Assembly: GCA_043228905.1 (NCBI GenBank)
Contig: JBHGNT010000014.1
Location: forward strand, 13,392,001-13,456,000
Source of the DNA: Azolla caroliniana
Lineage: Eukaryota; Plantae; Polypodiophyta
Reading direction: 5' to 3'
DNA length: 64,000 bases
Part shown: positions 25,197-37,955 of the stretch, piece after piece
Layout: each line of letters begins with the position of its first letter
Numbering within the stretch: the stretch's first letter is position 1
Notes under the pieces: model-generated
The model's database searches: none
The model's input: only the letters and a program-made list of their open reading frames with translations
Told to the model about the DNA's origin: nothing
Translations under genes and position numbers: made by a program

Positions 25197-28049
25197 TAGC
25201 TCGCGCTCTCCCTACCGAGAAGTTGGATCGAAACAACTTCGCATCTTGGGAGTACAAGATGCACCAATACCTTGTCGGACAAGGCTATTGGAGCTACATC
25301 AAAGGAGAGCACGAAGACCGACTTGCCGAAGCGGCTCCCGGATACGCGACATGGGAGCAGGCCGCAAGCCATGTGATGTATTGCTTGGCAACATGTGTTC
25401 ACGATCACATGCTTGGCTACATTCGCGAAGCCAAGACGCCGAAGGAGGCATGAGAAAATTTACGAAAGATTTTCGCGCCGAACACAACCGCAAGAAGGCT
25501 TCAACTCCGCCAAGAGTTGAACAACATTTAACAAAGGGACATGTCCATCACGACATACACCTCAAAGATCAAGGAGCTTTGCGATTCGCTCGGCTCAATA
25601 AGCGTAAATATCGACGATGATGAGATGGTGCAAATATGCCTCGGTGGCCTCGCACCACGGTTCGGCGTGATACGAACCGCCATTCTAGCACGGGAAAAAT
25701 CTCCCTCCTTCTTCGAGCTCCAATCAATGCTATTGGTCGAAGAAAACTACGTGCGTACAAGGAGCAATGAGTCGGAAGGCCACATGCTCTACACGCACTC
25801 GAACGGAGGAAGAGGACGCAGACGAGCAAGAGGCCGATTCGGCCAAGGACAAGGTGGACGAGGTCCGACCTACGATAACAACTCCCAATTTCGGCCGCAA
25901 AACGGAAGCTAACGAGGAACTTTCGCAAGAAGGGGAAGCTTCCACTCCGGCCCGAGCCGTCAAAACGCAACTGAATGCGGATATTGCGGAAAGCTCGGCC
26001 ACCACGAAGAAGAGTGCCCAAAGAAGATGCGTGAATCGGCTTCCACAAGCCGACAACTCACGAATTACGGGCACAATTCCGACTACAAAGAGTATAGTGG
26101 AATGTACGGGCACAACTCCGACTACGAAGATCGTGGCGGAATGTATGCACGCAACTCCGACCGTGGCGGAATGTTCATGATGAAACATAGAGCAAACTCT
26201 ATGTCGGCCTCTACCTCAACTAGTGCCCTCAATTCGGAGGACGTATGGTTTGTTGACTCCGGAGCCTCAAACCATATGACATCTCATAAAGAATGGTTTC
26301 TTGAACTTTGAGAGCTGGAGCGACCTGGTTATGTCGAAACCGGAGATGACACTATGCACCCGATTCGGCACATCGGCAATGTTCCGTTCAACGAAAGAGG
26401 TAAGCAAACATACATTAAAAATTTCTTGCATGTTCCCACCATCATGTAGAATTTGGTATCGGTTGGCCAAATGATTGAGCAAAGGATCCAAGTACAATTC
26501 GACCAAGAAGGGTGCTTCATCGAAAAAGAGCGCCGAATCATCGCGCACGGAAGAAGAGAGGGCCGGATATTCATTCTCGATTCACACGAGATGAAATCCG
26601 CCATGTTCGCAAAAAGCACGAAAGCCGACTCCGACATAGAGCTATGGCACAAGCAAATCGGCCACATCAATCTCAACAAATTCAAAGCAATGAAATCGAA
26701 AGGAGTCTTCATCGGACTCCCGACATTCAAAGAGAAGGAGATTGAAGGTGTATGTGAAGCGTGCCAATTCGGCAAGCAACACCGACACCCATTCCCGAAA
26801 GAGCAGAACGTGAGTAAAGGCCTACTCGACGTAGTCCATTCCGACGTATGGGGACCGGCGTAGACGGTTACATTCGTTGGATGCCGATATTACGTGCTCT
26901 TCATCGACGACTTCTCTAGGCACACTTGGATCTACCCGATGCGGCAAAAGAGCGAAGAGTTCGGACACTTCCAAAAATTCAAGAATGAAGTTGAGAAAGC
27001 CACGGGCCGTCATGTACGATGCCTTCGATTGAATGGCGGCAAGGAGTACTTCTTGGATGATTTCACGACGTATCTCCAAAAGGAAGGAATTCAGCGAGAA
27101 TTCACTTGCCGACACACTCCGCAACAAAACGGAGTAGCCGAATGCAAAAATCGGCACATTCTTGAAGTAGCGCGGGCCATGATGAACGAGAAGCACATGC
27201 CCAAGTCATATTGGGCCGAAGCTGCAAATACTGTCGTCTACCTAATGAACCGGTGCACAACATCGGGTGTGCACGAACTTACTCCGCACGAGAAGTTCTT
27301 CGGAATGAAACTGGACCTATCGCATGTTCGGATATTCGGCTCCATTGCGTACGTGCACATCCCCGACGAGAAGCGTCAAAAGCTCGACCCGAAGTTGAAG
27401 AAATGTATCCTCGTAGGATACTCACTGGAGCAAAAGGGGTACAAGTGCTACAACCCCTCAACTCGAAAATCTCGCGTAAGTCGAGACGTCATTTTCGACG
27501 AGTCCGCATCCTGGTACGCACTAGAGACAACTTCGACTTCGATTCTGCTCGACCCGGATTCCGCCGAAATAGAGATAGAAGCCGAAGATCGACTAATGCG
27601 CATGTTTGAAGAAAGCCCAATTACGACAAGGCTTAGTGGGCCACAAGATCCCTCGAGCGATCAAAGCATATCTCGGCCGAGTCCGAAGATGGACAAAGGC
27701 AAGGCGAAAATGACGGAATATGAAGACGATCGCTTCGACGACAATGAGTCGACTCACTCACTCAACAGTGAGTTCGGCGGCTTCGATGTACCAATCGGAG
27801 CTAAGAAAGCCCTCATCTCTGCAAATGAAAAGCTCCGTTGCTCCACCCGTGAAAAGAATCTGGTCAGCCGATTCGGCTACAATGACTACATGGCATATCA
27901 CTATGCCTTTATGATGAAGGTGGAGGCAGTACGCGAACCAGAAACATTTTCCGAAGCAGTCAAGGATCCACGATGGATAAAAGCCATGAACGAGGAGATG
28001 CAATCACTACGCAAGAACGAGACGTGGGATGTCGTTCCCACCTCACCAC
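25197..28049 (+). pseudogene. Copia-3 gag-PR-INT (5' part of the polyprotein)
   Basis: DRNNFASWEYKMHQYL, CGYCGKLGHHEEEC knuckle, WFVDSGASNHM protease, FIDDFSRH..TPQQNGVAE integrase. Confidence 0.93.
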
Positions 28050-28627
28050 TGTTAAGGATCTATGTATCGATGGAGTAAGCTCCTCGATATCGTGGCGGGG
28101 TTCGGACTGGCGTATACCCTCTTGATGGCGAATCGAGCGGAGATGGTTGTCAAATACCTCCGAGCCTCACACTCACTCAATGATTAGTAAATGATTAAGC
28201 ACGATATCTCTCTCACTCTCTCAAGCTCTCTCTCATAGACAATAGATTAATAGATATAGACAATAAGAAGCAAGAGTATGTCTATTATTAACCCTCTTTG
28301 CTAAGAGGTCTAGCACCAACAAGGAGAGAGATTAGTGTTCTCTAACTCAACACTTCACTAATCTCTCTTAAGCTCAAAGGTTACAAGAAGGAGGAAAGGA
28401 AGTTCTAGCTCTAATCAATAGGAGATCTTTACAAATGGGAGAACCCCCACAAAGCCACTACTATGTGGTTTATATAGTTTCACGTTTAGGGTATGGGCCT
28501 TTCACATTTGATCGTCTCTTTGCTTTCCTTTCCTCTTGTTGTTTCCTCTTCGTACTACGTCCTTGTTGATGCGTTCTTATTCGTGACTGGTTGTGTTGTT
28601 ATCCCAACGCTTAACATCCCCCCCAAC

Positions 28628-31600
28628 CTAATGAGTGCACACTTCCGGGTGCACTGTGGGAGGGGAGCTTCGGGCGTCGGGGGTGAGTAGAATTGAGTAG
28701 GGGGGTTCGTCGGGGGGCGGGTGGCCGCGGAGATGATGGCGAACACGACGGATGTTCAATGGTGGTGGCCGGATTTCCTGCAGTTGGTCGGTTGTTGTGA
28801 AGAAATCTTTCTTGGGGTTGGTGAGCCAGATGTAGGTGTTGTGGCCGGTGAAGGGAGAAGGGGGGTTTCGACTAAAGCTTATGTAAGCGGGGAAAAAATG
28901 TGTGTCGATCATGGTTTCAAAATCCCGTTTGTAGGTTGCGGGTGGAGTATGTTGACGCGGGTCCAAAGGCCGACTAGTTGGCGACGAGTTGGACCTTTGT
29001 TCAAATCGAAGGCGAGGCCCCACGCTGGGTGGTTGTGCCGTTGGAAGGGGGGGGCTTCGTATGGGCCAGAGTCAAGGAGAATGAGTAGAAGTTGTAGAAA
29101 ACGAAGGCTGGCTTGAATGTTAGGGTTCGGGACGTCGAGGTATGTACGTAGGAATCGTCGCATGACCGGGATCATGTTGGGTTCGGTGGGGGATGTGTGC
29201 GGGGGTCGAGGGAACAACGTCCAGTTGAATTGAAGAGTGGGTAGGCGTGCCTTGGCGGCGCGAAAATTGGGCCATGGCCAATGACGAGGAAGGGGAAAAA
29301 AGGTGGGGCTGGTGCGCAGCTCGGGGGGGTGGAGGGCGAGCCATTCGCGGAAGGATGTGTGTGCGAACCAAGGGAGACGCCATGGGGGTTGGGTGCCGGG
29401 AGGTTCGAGGAGGGGGTCGACGATGGGGTGGTGCCACCCTCGAGTGGGGATGGGGTTTGCGGTTGCCCAAGTAGACATCTTATCGCGGTAAACATGGGGG
29501 TAAAGGAAGATGTCGACTTGGGGTTTGGAGGCGACTTCGGGGTAATAGTTGTAGAGGCGGGTGAGGATTAGGAGGGTCTCACAGAAGTTGAACTCCTAGG
29601 GAATGGGGGCTGCAGACTGATTGTCAAGACGAGTGTCCCAACTGGTACCACTTTCGATGCAATCAAGGGTGGTTTAGAGGTTGTGGGTGAGTTGGTAGCG
29701 GTCGACCAAATCAGCGTAGAAGGCCGCAACGTTGAAGCGGGCGCTCGAGGTGTGGAGTAAGGGAGGTGTAGTGAAGATGGGGAGGGGTAGTTGTTGGTGG
29801 AGCATGAGGTGGGCGAGGGGATGGTTGAAGGGGAGAGCTTTGCGGAGGATGGCCTCCGTGAATGTCCGACCGGGGTGGGTGACGACCCGTGTGTGGAGGG
29901 GGAAAGGGTCGGGTGGTGGGGGGGGAAGGGGGTGAGCCTAGGGGGGTGTGCGAAAGGGGTTGTCACCGAACATGGGATGTGTGTGGTCGGGGACATGGTG
30001 TTCACTGAGGTGAGGGTGTGGGGGCGAGTGGTGAGGGGGGAAGGGAAGTGGGCTAGTAGGTGGTGGGGGTGCGGGGGGGGGGCTTGGAGGCGGGGAGGAG
30101 GGAGGGTGAGGGCTAGGAGGTGGTTGGGTGTCGGGTTCATCAGGTGAGTCATGGTCCCACTCTAGGTCGATCTCTGGGGGGGGGGGAGCACGAGCACGAG
30201 CCTCATCGAACATCCTGAGTTGATACTCGCGGGAAACATCGAGGTATAGGGCTAATTCCGGTATGTCATCAGCCTCGAGGTCGGTGGGCCAGTTGAATGT
30301 GGCATATTCGATGCTGAATATGTGAGTACGAACCCCGACGTCCCAGGCGGTTTGCCAAGCGCGTATTAGCCAGAGGAAACTGAAAGGGGGTACGGAGGTC
30401 GTTGTGTTTTCCAATAGGGTGCGGGTGCGGGTGTCGGCGATGTGGTGTAAGCGCACCAGTGTTGGGAAGAGGTGGGCCAGCTGGTCTTCGGTGACTTGCA
30501 TCGTGACATCATAAGGGTAGGTGAAATAGATCAGGTTGGAGATATCTAAGTCGGGGGTGAGGGCGGTGTGAAGGTAGGCCATACCTTTGAGGAACAAAAT
30601 GGGGAGGTTTTGGGGGAAGAGGTCGCCGGTTGGGGGAGCAGGTTCTTCGGTGGCTTCCTAGTACAACATGAAGAGGGCAAGGGCGTGGTTGTCTTCGGGG
30701 AGTACTCGGATGAAGGTCTACCGGTCTGGGGGTGTGGTGTCGTCAAAGAATACGCGATGCGTGGCGGCTAACGACCGAAGGACGCACGTTGCTTGGATGA
30801 GGAGGGTGCGTGGTGTGCGTGGTGCAGTGAAAAGTTCGAAGAGCAGGGAGGTCGAGGTCACGTACACCGAGAGTGCCTGGATCATATTCAGAGAGCCAGT
30901 TGGGGGAAGGAGAGGGGTCTGAACGGTGGAGGGGTCCGTCATGCCGGGGTTGAGGGCGTGTTCAAGGGCGGCTTTGGACGTGCGGAGTTGAAGGATGTCC
31001 TTTTCGAGGTTGGCGCATTGGCGGCGGTGTTTGATGAGGAGACATCGGTTGCGTTCATTGGCGACTTCGACTTGGTGGACCATGGCGTCTCGTTTAGCCT
31101 TGAGGGTGCTGATCTCGCTCGTGAGTTGGTGAGTGGTGGCCATGGCGGCGGCCAGGGCCTCGAATCGTTCGGAGAGATCAGCCGTCACGGCTGCGAGTCG
31201 GGCCTCGGTCAGTTGGTGTTGGGTGGTGAGGCGGACGTACTCGGCCGAAAGTTCGGCATGTGTTTACGCTGCGCGTTCCGGGTCGTGGTGCCAGGTTGTT
31301 CGAGCTTGTTGGAATTCGTTAGCGAGTTGTTGGTGTCGGGTTTGTGTTGTCAGGAGTTCTTGCTTGACGAGGTCGTGGGCGGCCGCTCCGTACCTCGGCG
31401 GCCAAGATCTCGTTCCGTGTAGAGGTCTCGTGTTGGTCGGTGGCGGTCTGTTGAGCCTGTGCCTGAACTTGAAGTAGGCGACGGTTCACGACAACAGTCA
31501 TCTTGAGGAGGTCGGCCACCATGTCGGTTAAGGGTTTGGGGGGGACGGCGAGGGAGGGGGTAGGGTGAGTAGTAACTGCAGTGAGGGAGGTTGAGTAAGG

Positions 31601-32909
31601 CACGAAGGTCGGGAGTGGGGGTGGGGGTGGCAGTGGCGGGGTTGCCATCTGGGCCGGGCCGATGGTGGGTTGGAGGGGAACTGCCGGGGTTGCGGTCGAG
31701 GGCCAGTCGGGGGTTTCGGTGTCGGGAGCGGCGTGGTGGGTGAGTTTAAGGGGTCAGGGTTCGGGTTGTCATCGGTGGTGGTGGACGGGAAAGGTGGGGT
31801 AGTTGTGGCTGGGGCGGGGGAGAGGATTCGTGGGGTAGAGGGGTTGGCGAGGTGGGGGGAGGCGGGGCTGGCGGGTTCCGTTGGGTGCGCAAGATTGACT
31901 CAGTGGTGCAGTTGCGGGAACGCAGAGTCGTGGTTGTGTTCTGATGTGACACATAGTGGAAAGTAGTGGACAAGGCTTGGATTTCGGTGGGGGTGAACTC
32001 GTGTGTCTAGAATTCCTTGACACGATTCGTGATATCCTCAGGGGTGTCGAGGTTAGCTTTGGCTGACACGTGAGTGATCGGGGGTTGTTTGTGCGCCGGT
32101 GGCCGTGCCTGTTCACCTTGGTGTACCTGTTGTAAAAAGTCGCGTTCGAGTTGGCTTGGGACAGTGATCTTGCGGAAGCATTCTTGTCAGCATACGAAGG
32201 GAGGGGCGGGGGGTCCGATGCTGAACTTTCCGCACAAGTAGCGGGTGAGGAACCACGCGAAATTGACAGTCGATTTGGGCCGTGTGTGCCATTCTCGGAC
32301 CCAGCGGACAAGCTCGTGAGCCCATTGGACCGGTTGCGGATCATGTGCCCACTTGAGGTACTCACCGGTGATACGAGCGGTGGCATCGGTAGATGCGGTG
32401 TCGCCGATTTGGGCAATTGCGCTACAACGGTCGTGCAGATGGAGAGGGATTTCGGTGTAACGCCAACCTTCGCGTCCAGAATATTCGGCGTAGGCGACAT
32501 GAATGATGCCAGGGACAACCCCAGGGGTCCTCATGGTGCGGAAGGGGGCGCCCTCGAGGGGTAAATGCAGCGTAGCACAAACGTCGGCCGCGGTGAACTG
32601 GAATTTGATGGGGGGGGAGTCTGTGAAAGGCTGCATATCGACGTGGCCCGTATTGGGGTTGTACCCCATGAGGAAACGGTTGACCAGTTCGGGTAGGACG
32701 CCCCACAGCCCGATCCCAAGGAAGAACTTGAGGCCAAGTCGTGAGAGAGTGGTGAACACGTCGGGTTCAAGGTACTTGAGCTGTGTGGCGGCCGTGGGAA
32801 CCCGGTAAGTACATCGGGTATTGTTGAACACCACTAGAATGACTAAGGAACCGCACCCTACGTCGGGGTAGTATGCGTGGAGGAGTTTGATGAATTGGGG
32901 AGACGTCAT
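28628..32909 (-). pseudogene. Disrupted ~1,400-codon accessory ORF of unknown function (N-terminal plant-mobile/ATHILA-ORF-like domain, Pro-rich linkers, coiled coil)
   Basis: Consecutive minus-strand ORF pieces join through single stops (32187, 32007, 31264, 30718, 30658, 29938, 29674, 29596) and a few frameshifts; final stop is 11 nt from the LTR. Confidence 0.75.
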
Positions 32910-33071
32910 CGTTTGCAACCTGCGAGGAAAAATATTAGTATAGTTAAATGTGGTGACGAATCAGCTACGTCGGGGTAGTATGCGTGGAGGAGTTTGATGA
33001 ATTGGGGAGACGTCATCGTTTGCAACCTGCGAGGAAAAATATTAGTATAGTTAAATGTGGTGACGAATCAG
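32858..33071. repeat. Perfect 107-bp tandem duplication covering the splice acceptor and start of the accessory ORF
   Basis: ctacgtcggggtagtatgcg...gtgacgaatcag at 32858 and 32965. Confidence 0.9.
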
Positions 33072-33289
33072 CAAGTATGGGTAGTTTCAATAGATTCCCT
33101 GTTTTTTTTTTTTTGAGAGCAGGACGTGGAGTCCTAACTACAGAGTAACTCAGTTAAATGTGGTGACGAATCAATAAGTTCAGGTAGTTTCAATAGATTC
33201 CCTTTTTTTTATATTTTTTATTTATAGAGAGCGGGCCGTGGGGTTCTAACTACGTAGTAACGTAACAACTAAGAGTTACGTGGTCTAGG

Positions 33290-33515
33290 AGTTGGGCTCC
33301 TCGAACAACGCGTGGTTCAAGGAGTTGGGTTGGGTGTGGTTCGAGGGGTTCGACTCCTCGAACAACGGGCAGCTCGAGGGGTTGGGCTCCTCGAACACTA
33401 TGTAGTTTGAGGGGTTGGGCCCCTCGAACATTGTGTGATTCGAGGGGTTGGACCCCTCGAACAACGGGTAGTTTGAGGGGTTGGCACAGTGTTCGAGGGG
33501 TTGGGTCCCTCGAAC
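33290..33515. repeat. 33-bp minisatellite (EGPNPSNxxLF repeats) at the point where pol breaks off
   Basis: tcgaggggttgggctcctcgaacaac-type units, about 6-7 copies. Confidence 0.8.
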
Positions 33516-33559
33516 CACGAGGCGGAGTGGTCTGTAAACGGCCAACGACGTGGGGAGGG

Positions 33560-36500
33560 TGATCAAGGACGCCTCCTCGTCGGGCTGGAAATCTACGACT
33601 ATGAACACCGGTTTGGAGTCTGTCCCTTTCCCGAGGTTGATTTCTTTCACCCTTGCTAGTCCATCATAGACTTCTCCTAGGCCTTGGGGGTTGTGTTGCG
33701 GTCTCTTACAAGCCACTGCCCTACTCCCTTGTTAATAGAGTTTGAAATGCTCTGGGAAGTCCGCTTCCGTCACAGCCTCCTGAGTGGTTGTGACGTCACC
33801 CGGATGTGTGACTCGTTGTACCAGTTCTTCGTCCTTTACGTCTAGTTCTTTTCACCGGGGTCCCAAGGTGGTGACGTTGAAGCATGAGATTGTTTCTCCT
33901 TCCTCGTCACAACACTTTGTACCTATAGGGTACATTGCGTCGGTTGTGGCAAGAGCGTGCACGCAATTCCTCTCTGACGTCTCGGAAGTGACAGATTGGT
34001 CGTCTCTCTCACGTGCGTTCTCCTCTTTGGAAGTGGTGAGGCTTTGAGGAAAGTGTTGGCCTCTGGTCAAGAGTTGAACTGTCTTTGTGGGGTTGCATGC
34101 TAGGAGGTTGGTCTCGAACTCAATGGTTTCTGACCAATCATCTACGAGAGGGCTGCCTTCTTGTTCATGCACTTTTTGTGTGTATGCTTTGATGCGGAAG
34201 GTTTTGTTGTCCTTTCGCATATAGATTATATTGTTCCCAAAATCTATTACTAGGCGGCTTATACGTAGGAATGGTCTTCCTAATAAGCACTCGTAGGCTA
34301 CATGGTTGGACAATCTTGTGACAACGAAGGTGAGATTGAACTCCACTCCGTGGATAGTGAAGTGATGCGCATGAATCATGCCTTCCGGTCTTTGGATGGA
34401 CCCATCTGCCATTCGTAGTTTGACATCGGAAGGCAGCATTCTTGGGCTCCCCCACTTACACGAACATTCGTAATTGACGATACTTACCCCTGCTCCGGTG
34501 AAAGTGATGGTGTCACACACCTTACCATTGACACAGATTGGTACAGTGAAACTAGTGTCATCGCTCTCGAAGTGAGATTCGTGGACGTCGACTGGCGGTC
34601 CTTTGGGTTGTTTGAGGACTGTGGACGTGTGAGGAGTGTGGGTGTGTATCCCTTCACCATATCTCGCCGATAGGCCACCATTGAGGCGTGAGAGGACGTC
34701 GTGCCACGGTTGAATGTCGAGTTTTAGTTCTTCGAGGGTGAACTCTATTTCCTTGGCGAGTAGAGGTCGTAGCAGGGGGTTGTCGGTGGTGAAGGTGCCA
34801 ATGTAGCTCTGCACTTCGCGTAATGTGAGTCGCAATCTTAAATTTAAGATTTGTTGGAGTAGGGCTGTGTTGACCTCTTTGATCAGGGTAGGATGGCAAG
34901 TGCGGGTGTCGGTTGGTGTGACAACGAGGGGAGGTGAGGGGTTATTCTTCTAGTTGGTCGAAGTTTAAGCTGGGGAGGCTAAGTGATTTTTCAAACTGTT
35001 CGTGGTGTATGAGTTTGATGTATTCTTCTACTTTTTGTTTCTCAGCTACTGGGTTTGGGTATGCCGCTAGGTGCGCCGGCAGTTCTTGATTCGGATTGAC
35101 AGGTAATGTTTCTGTGTCTCCCTCCAGTTCTTGATCTTGTTTTGAGGTCTGCGTGGAATTATTCTTTCTAGATTTGCGTCTCTTACGTGCGGTCATGGGG
35201 AGACCTTGATCTTGGTATTTTAAATTGTGCGCTACTCGTTGGGCTCGTGTGATGACATTGGACGCTCGTGGATGGTACAATGGACAACAGATTTGTGCCG
35301 ACCCTTTTCTTCTTTTCCGGGCAATCAGGTACTAGGTGTTCTTTACCACACCCTGGGCATGATGCATCTCTTTGGAACCATTCGATGAGGTCTTGCGACT
35401 GTTGGGTGGGCCCTTGCGCAAGTGGTTGCGGGGGCGTGTCGAGTGAGAGGTGTCGTGGTCGTTGGGCCATCCGGTTGTAGTACTCATGTTTGGTTGGGCA
35501 CTTGCTAACCATATGTGGGCCTTGGCAGTTGAAGCATTTCAATTCTGACCTCCTTAGACCATTGTTGTTGCGGTATCCCATAGGGGTTCCACGTTGTTCC
35601 CCTCTCAGGACGTACACTGGTATTTGGTCGCCTTCAAAATCCACGAAATGGGACAACACCTCTTCTTAAATGCCATACTCCTGGTACGAGTCTTCATATT
35701 CGGGGGTGCTCGCTCTGACCTGGGTTTGGTTATCTGTGGTATACTCCAGTTCAGCGAGGCGGGCGCCGATGCGCGGTAGTGGGGGTTGTTGAGGGAGTAT
35801 CGCTGGTAGTGGTGGGCGACTAAGTGGTGGGGGAGAGCGTGGGTGTTCCACCATTGGCGTTTGGTCGTACCATCCAGTGGGGGCTTGCCAGCAGTTCTCT
35901 TGCGTATGCATCACGAAAGCTTTGCACCACTTATAGAATTGAGGCCGTCGTTGATGAAGGAGGGGACACTCATGTCCCGTGTGGTGTCCGTGACATACCG
36001 TGCACCTTACATTTTCTCGTTGGGCATATGCTTGGGGTCTTTCTATACGGGGTATTCGCGGTGGTGTGGGTAGAGTAGGGGTGGAGTCGGAGGATTTCTC
36101 GCGGTTGTTCGTGGGTGCGTGAGTGGGTATTTGTAATCCACTCATCAAATCTTCAAAGGTCATCACTACTGTGTAGGCTTCAGCAAACGATCGACACATC
36201 TTGGCAATCAGGAAATTTTGGAGTGTCGGATCGAACAACCCATTAATGAAACGGCTCATCAACTTGTCATCTGACATCTTGTCGTTCGGACTACAATGAT
36301 GATGCAGGATTTTCGTGTGATGTATGTAGTCCCTAACGATTTCGTTCGCTTCTTGCTTGAGGGCGAAAAGTTGATCAATCGGGTTCTATTTATTCCCTCT
36401 GCAAGCGAATTTTATCAAGAAATCATCGATGACATACTCGAAATCGGCGGCGATGTCTTCATTCAAGGTTCGAAACCAGATTCCGGCTTGGTCATCAAGT

Positions 36501-37165
36501 GTAAGTCCAAACGTGGCTACCTTAGTGATCTCTGTGAGGGGTTCATAAGTGCGACAAATCTGTTTGAACCTCTCGACATGGTCATAGGAATCGCCGAAAC
36601 CGAGGAAACAAGGTACTAGTTTAGAAATGGAAGCACTCTTCCCACTGTCATTTGTGAGGTTTCTCGGATGGTCTGTGGGTGCTCACTCTTTTTCCATCAA
36701 TGCTACGAGAGTTTGGATGGATTGTAGCGCTAGTGCGAGTTCGGCGTTTGGAGGTGTAGGGGTAGCTTGGTTAGGTGTAGGGATTGTGCCCATGTGTGGT
36801 AGTGTCGGGTGTCGTTGTGTGCGGGTTTCGTTCGGGCTATCGCCCGTTGTGCTCGAACGCGATACGGGGTTGTGCTTCTGACTTCCGCGATGCATGTGCG
36901 ACGATGTTCCTAGGAGGTGAAGTTTTTGTTGCACTCGTGCGAATCTATCCTTCCTTTCTGCCAAAGCGGCTTCGATATCTCGAGTGGTGCTTTCCGGTTG
37001 TCCTCCTTTTGCAAGTTGTACCGTCCATAGATTGATTTCATGTTCTATCACCTGTAACTCTTGCGCTGCGTCTCGTATATGTCGTTCTACACTGAGTGGG
37101 TCTACCATTGGGCTCTCATGTAGTGGGATAAGTGCTTTAGTTCCTGGGCTCGATGGGAGGTTCAT
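33560..37165 (-). pseudogene. Gag (Retrotrans_gag + four CCHC-type knuckles), aspartic-protease-like region and pre-RT linker of the nested element
   Basis: DQAGIWFRTL..KLMSRFINGL; CTVCHGHHTGHEC, (Y)KWCKAFVMHTQENC, CFNCQGPHMVSKC, CPGCGKEHLVPDC; DTITFTGAGVSIV..LRMADGS..YECLLGRPFL; KEINLGKGTDSKPVFI. Confidence 0.85.
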
Positions 37166-37334
37166 GTTTGGTAGTATCCCCAGAGTTAGCCACCCTCGTG
37201 GTACTGAGTCAGGTTAGGTGGGACAGCATCGTGGGTTTGGTTGGTTTGCGTGGACTCCTTCGGGCATGTGGGTAGGGTTTTGAACATCTCTGTCCATGAG
37301 GATCCGGCCATGTTTTCCGGTCAAGCTTTTATAG

Positions 37335-37850
37335 GTTCGTCGAAGGATGAATATTAGTCGAAGGCTGAATCTTCGTTGAAGGTTGAATCTTCGTCGAAGG
37401 CTGAATCATCGTCGAAGGATGAATATTAGTCCAAGGATGAATCTTCATCGAAGGCTGAATCTTCGTCGAAGGTTGTTCTTTCGACGAGCTTTGCGTGGGA
37501 AATTCAAACTTTTTGGCGCCAACGGTCGTTTCGTGACCCGTGGAGTGACCGTAAGCTGCAAGACTCGCGGTGATTATGCTTGCCCCGTAACAACCTAATC
37601 TCCACAATGTTTAATGTTAACTGAGCGAATGAACGAAAAATCGACTTAATTAACCTATGGAATAATCAGAAAAAACGGAAAATGGAACTTAATTAAACTA
37701 TGAAATGATAGAAAAAAACAGAAAATGGAACTTAATTAAACTATGAAATGATAAAAAAACAGAAAATGAAACTTAATTAAACTATGAAATGATGAAAAAA
37801 AAGAAAATGGAACTTAATTAAACTATGAAATGATGAAAAAACAGAAAATG
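37335..37850. repeat. Two tandem arrays in the 5' UTR of the nested element (18-bp and ~43-bp units)
   Basis: cgtcgaagg(a/c)tgaat(ctt/attag) x~7 at 37338-37470; aaaatggaacttaattaaactatgaaatgat..aaaacag x4 at 37680-37850. Confidence 0.8.
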
Positions 37851-37937
37851 GTGGTTCTCTTGTGATTTCTTCCTTCGTTGAGTGGTTTGCCTCCAAGTTT
37901 TTGACTACTCAAAAATAGGCTTCAAGCATCGATCGTA

Positions 37938-37955
37938 TCCCCGGTAGCGGCGCCA
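37938..37955 (-). promoter_or_regulatory. Primer-binding site, tRNA-Asp type (Athila-like)
   Basis: TGGCGCCGCTACCGGGGA 6 nt downstream of the 5' LTR; Athila consensus is TGGCGCCGTTGCCGGGGA. Confidence 0.8.

Noticed and set aside
28493-32808. Plus-strand Gly/Val/Arg-rich ORFs as genes
   Set aside because: They are antisense shadows of the C-rich minus-strand accessory ORF
28628-32909. env-like gene call
   Set aside because: The position fits, but no convincing signal peptide or ~20-aa transmembrane helix is visible
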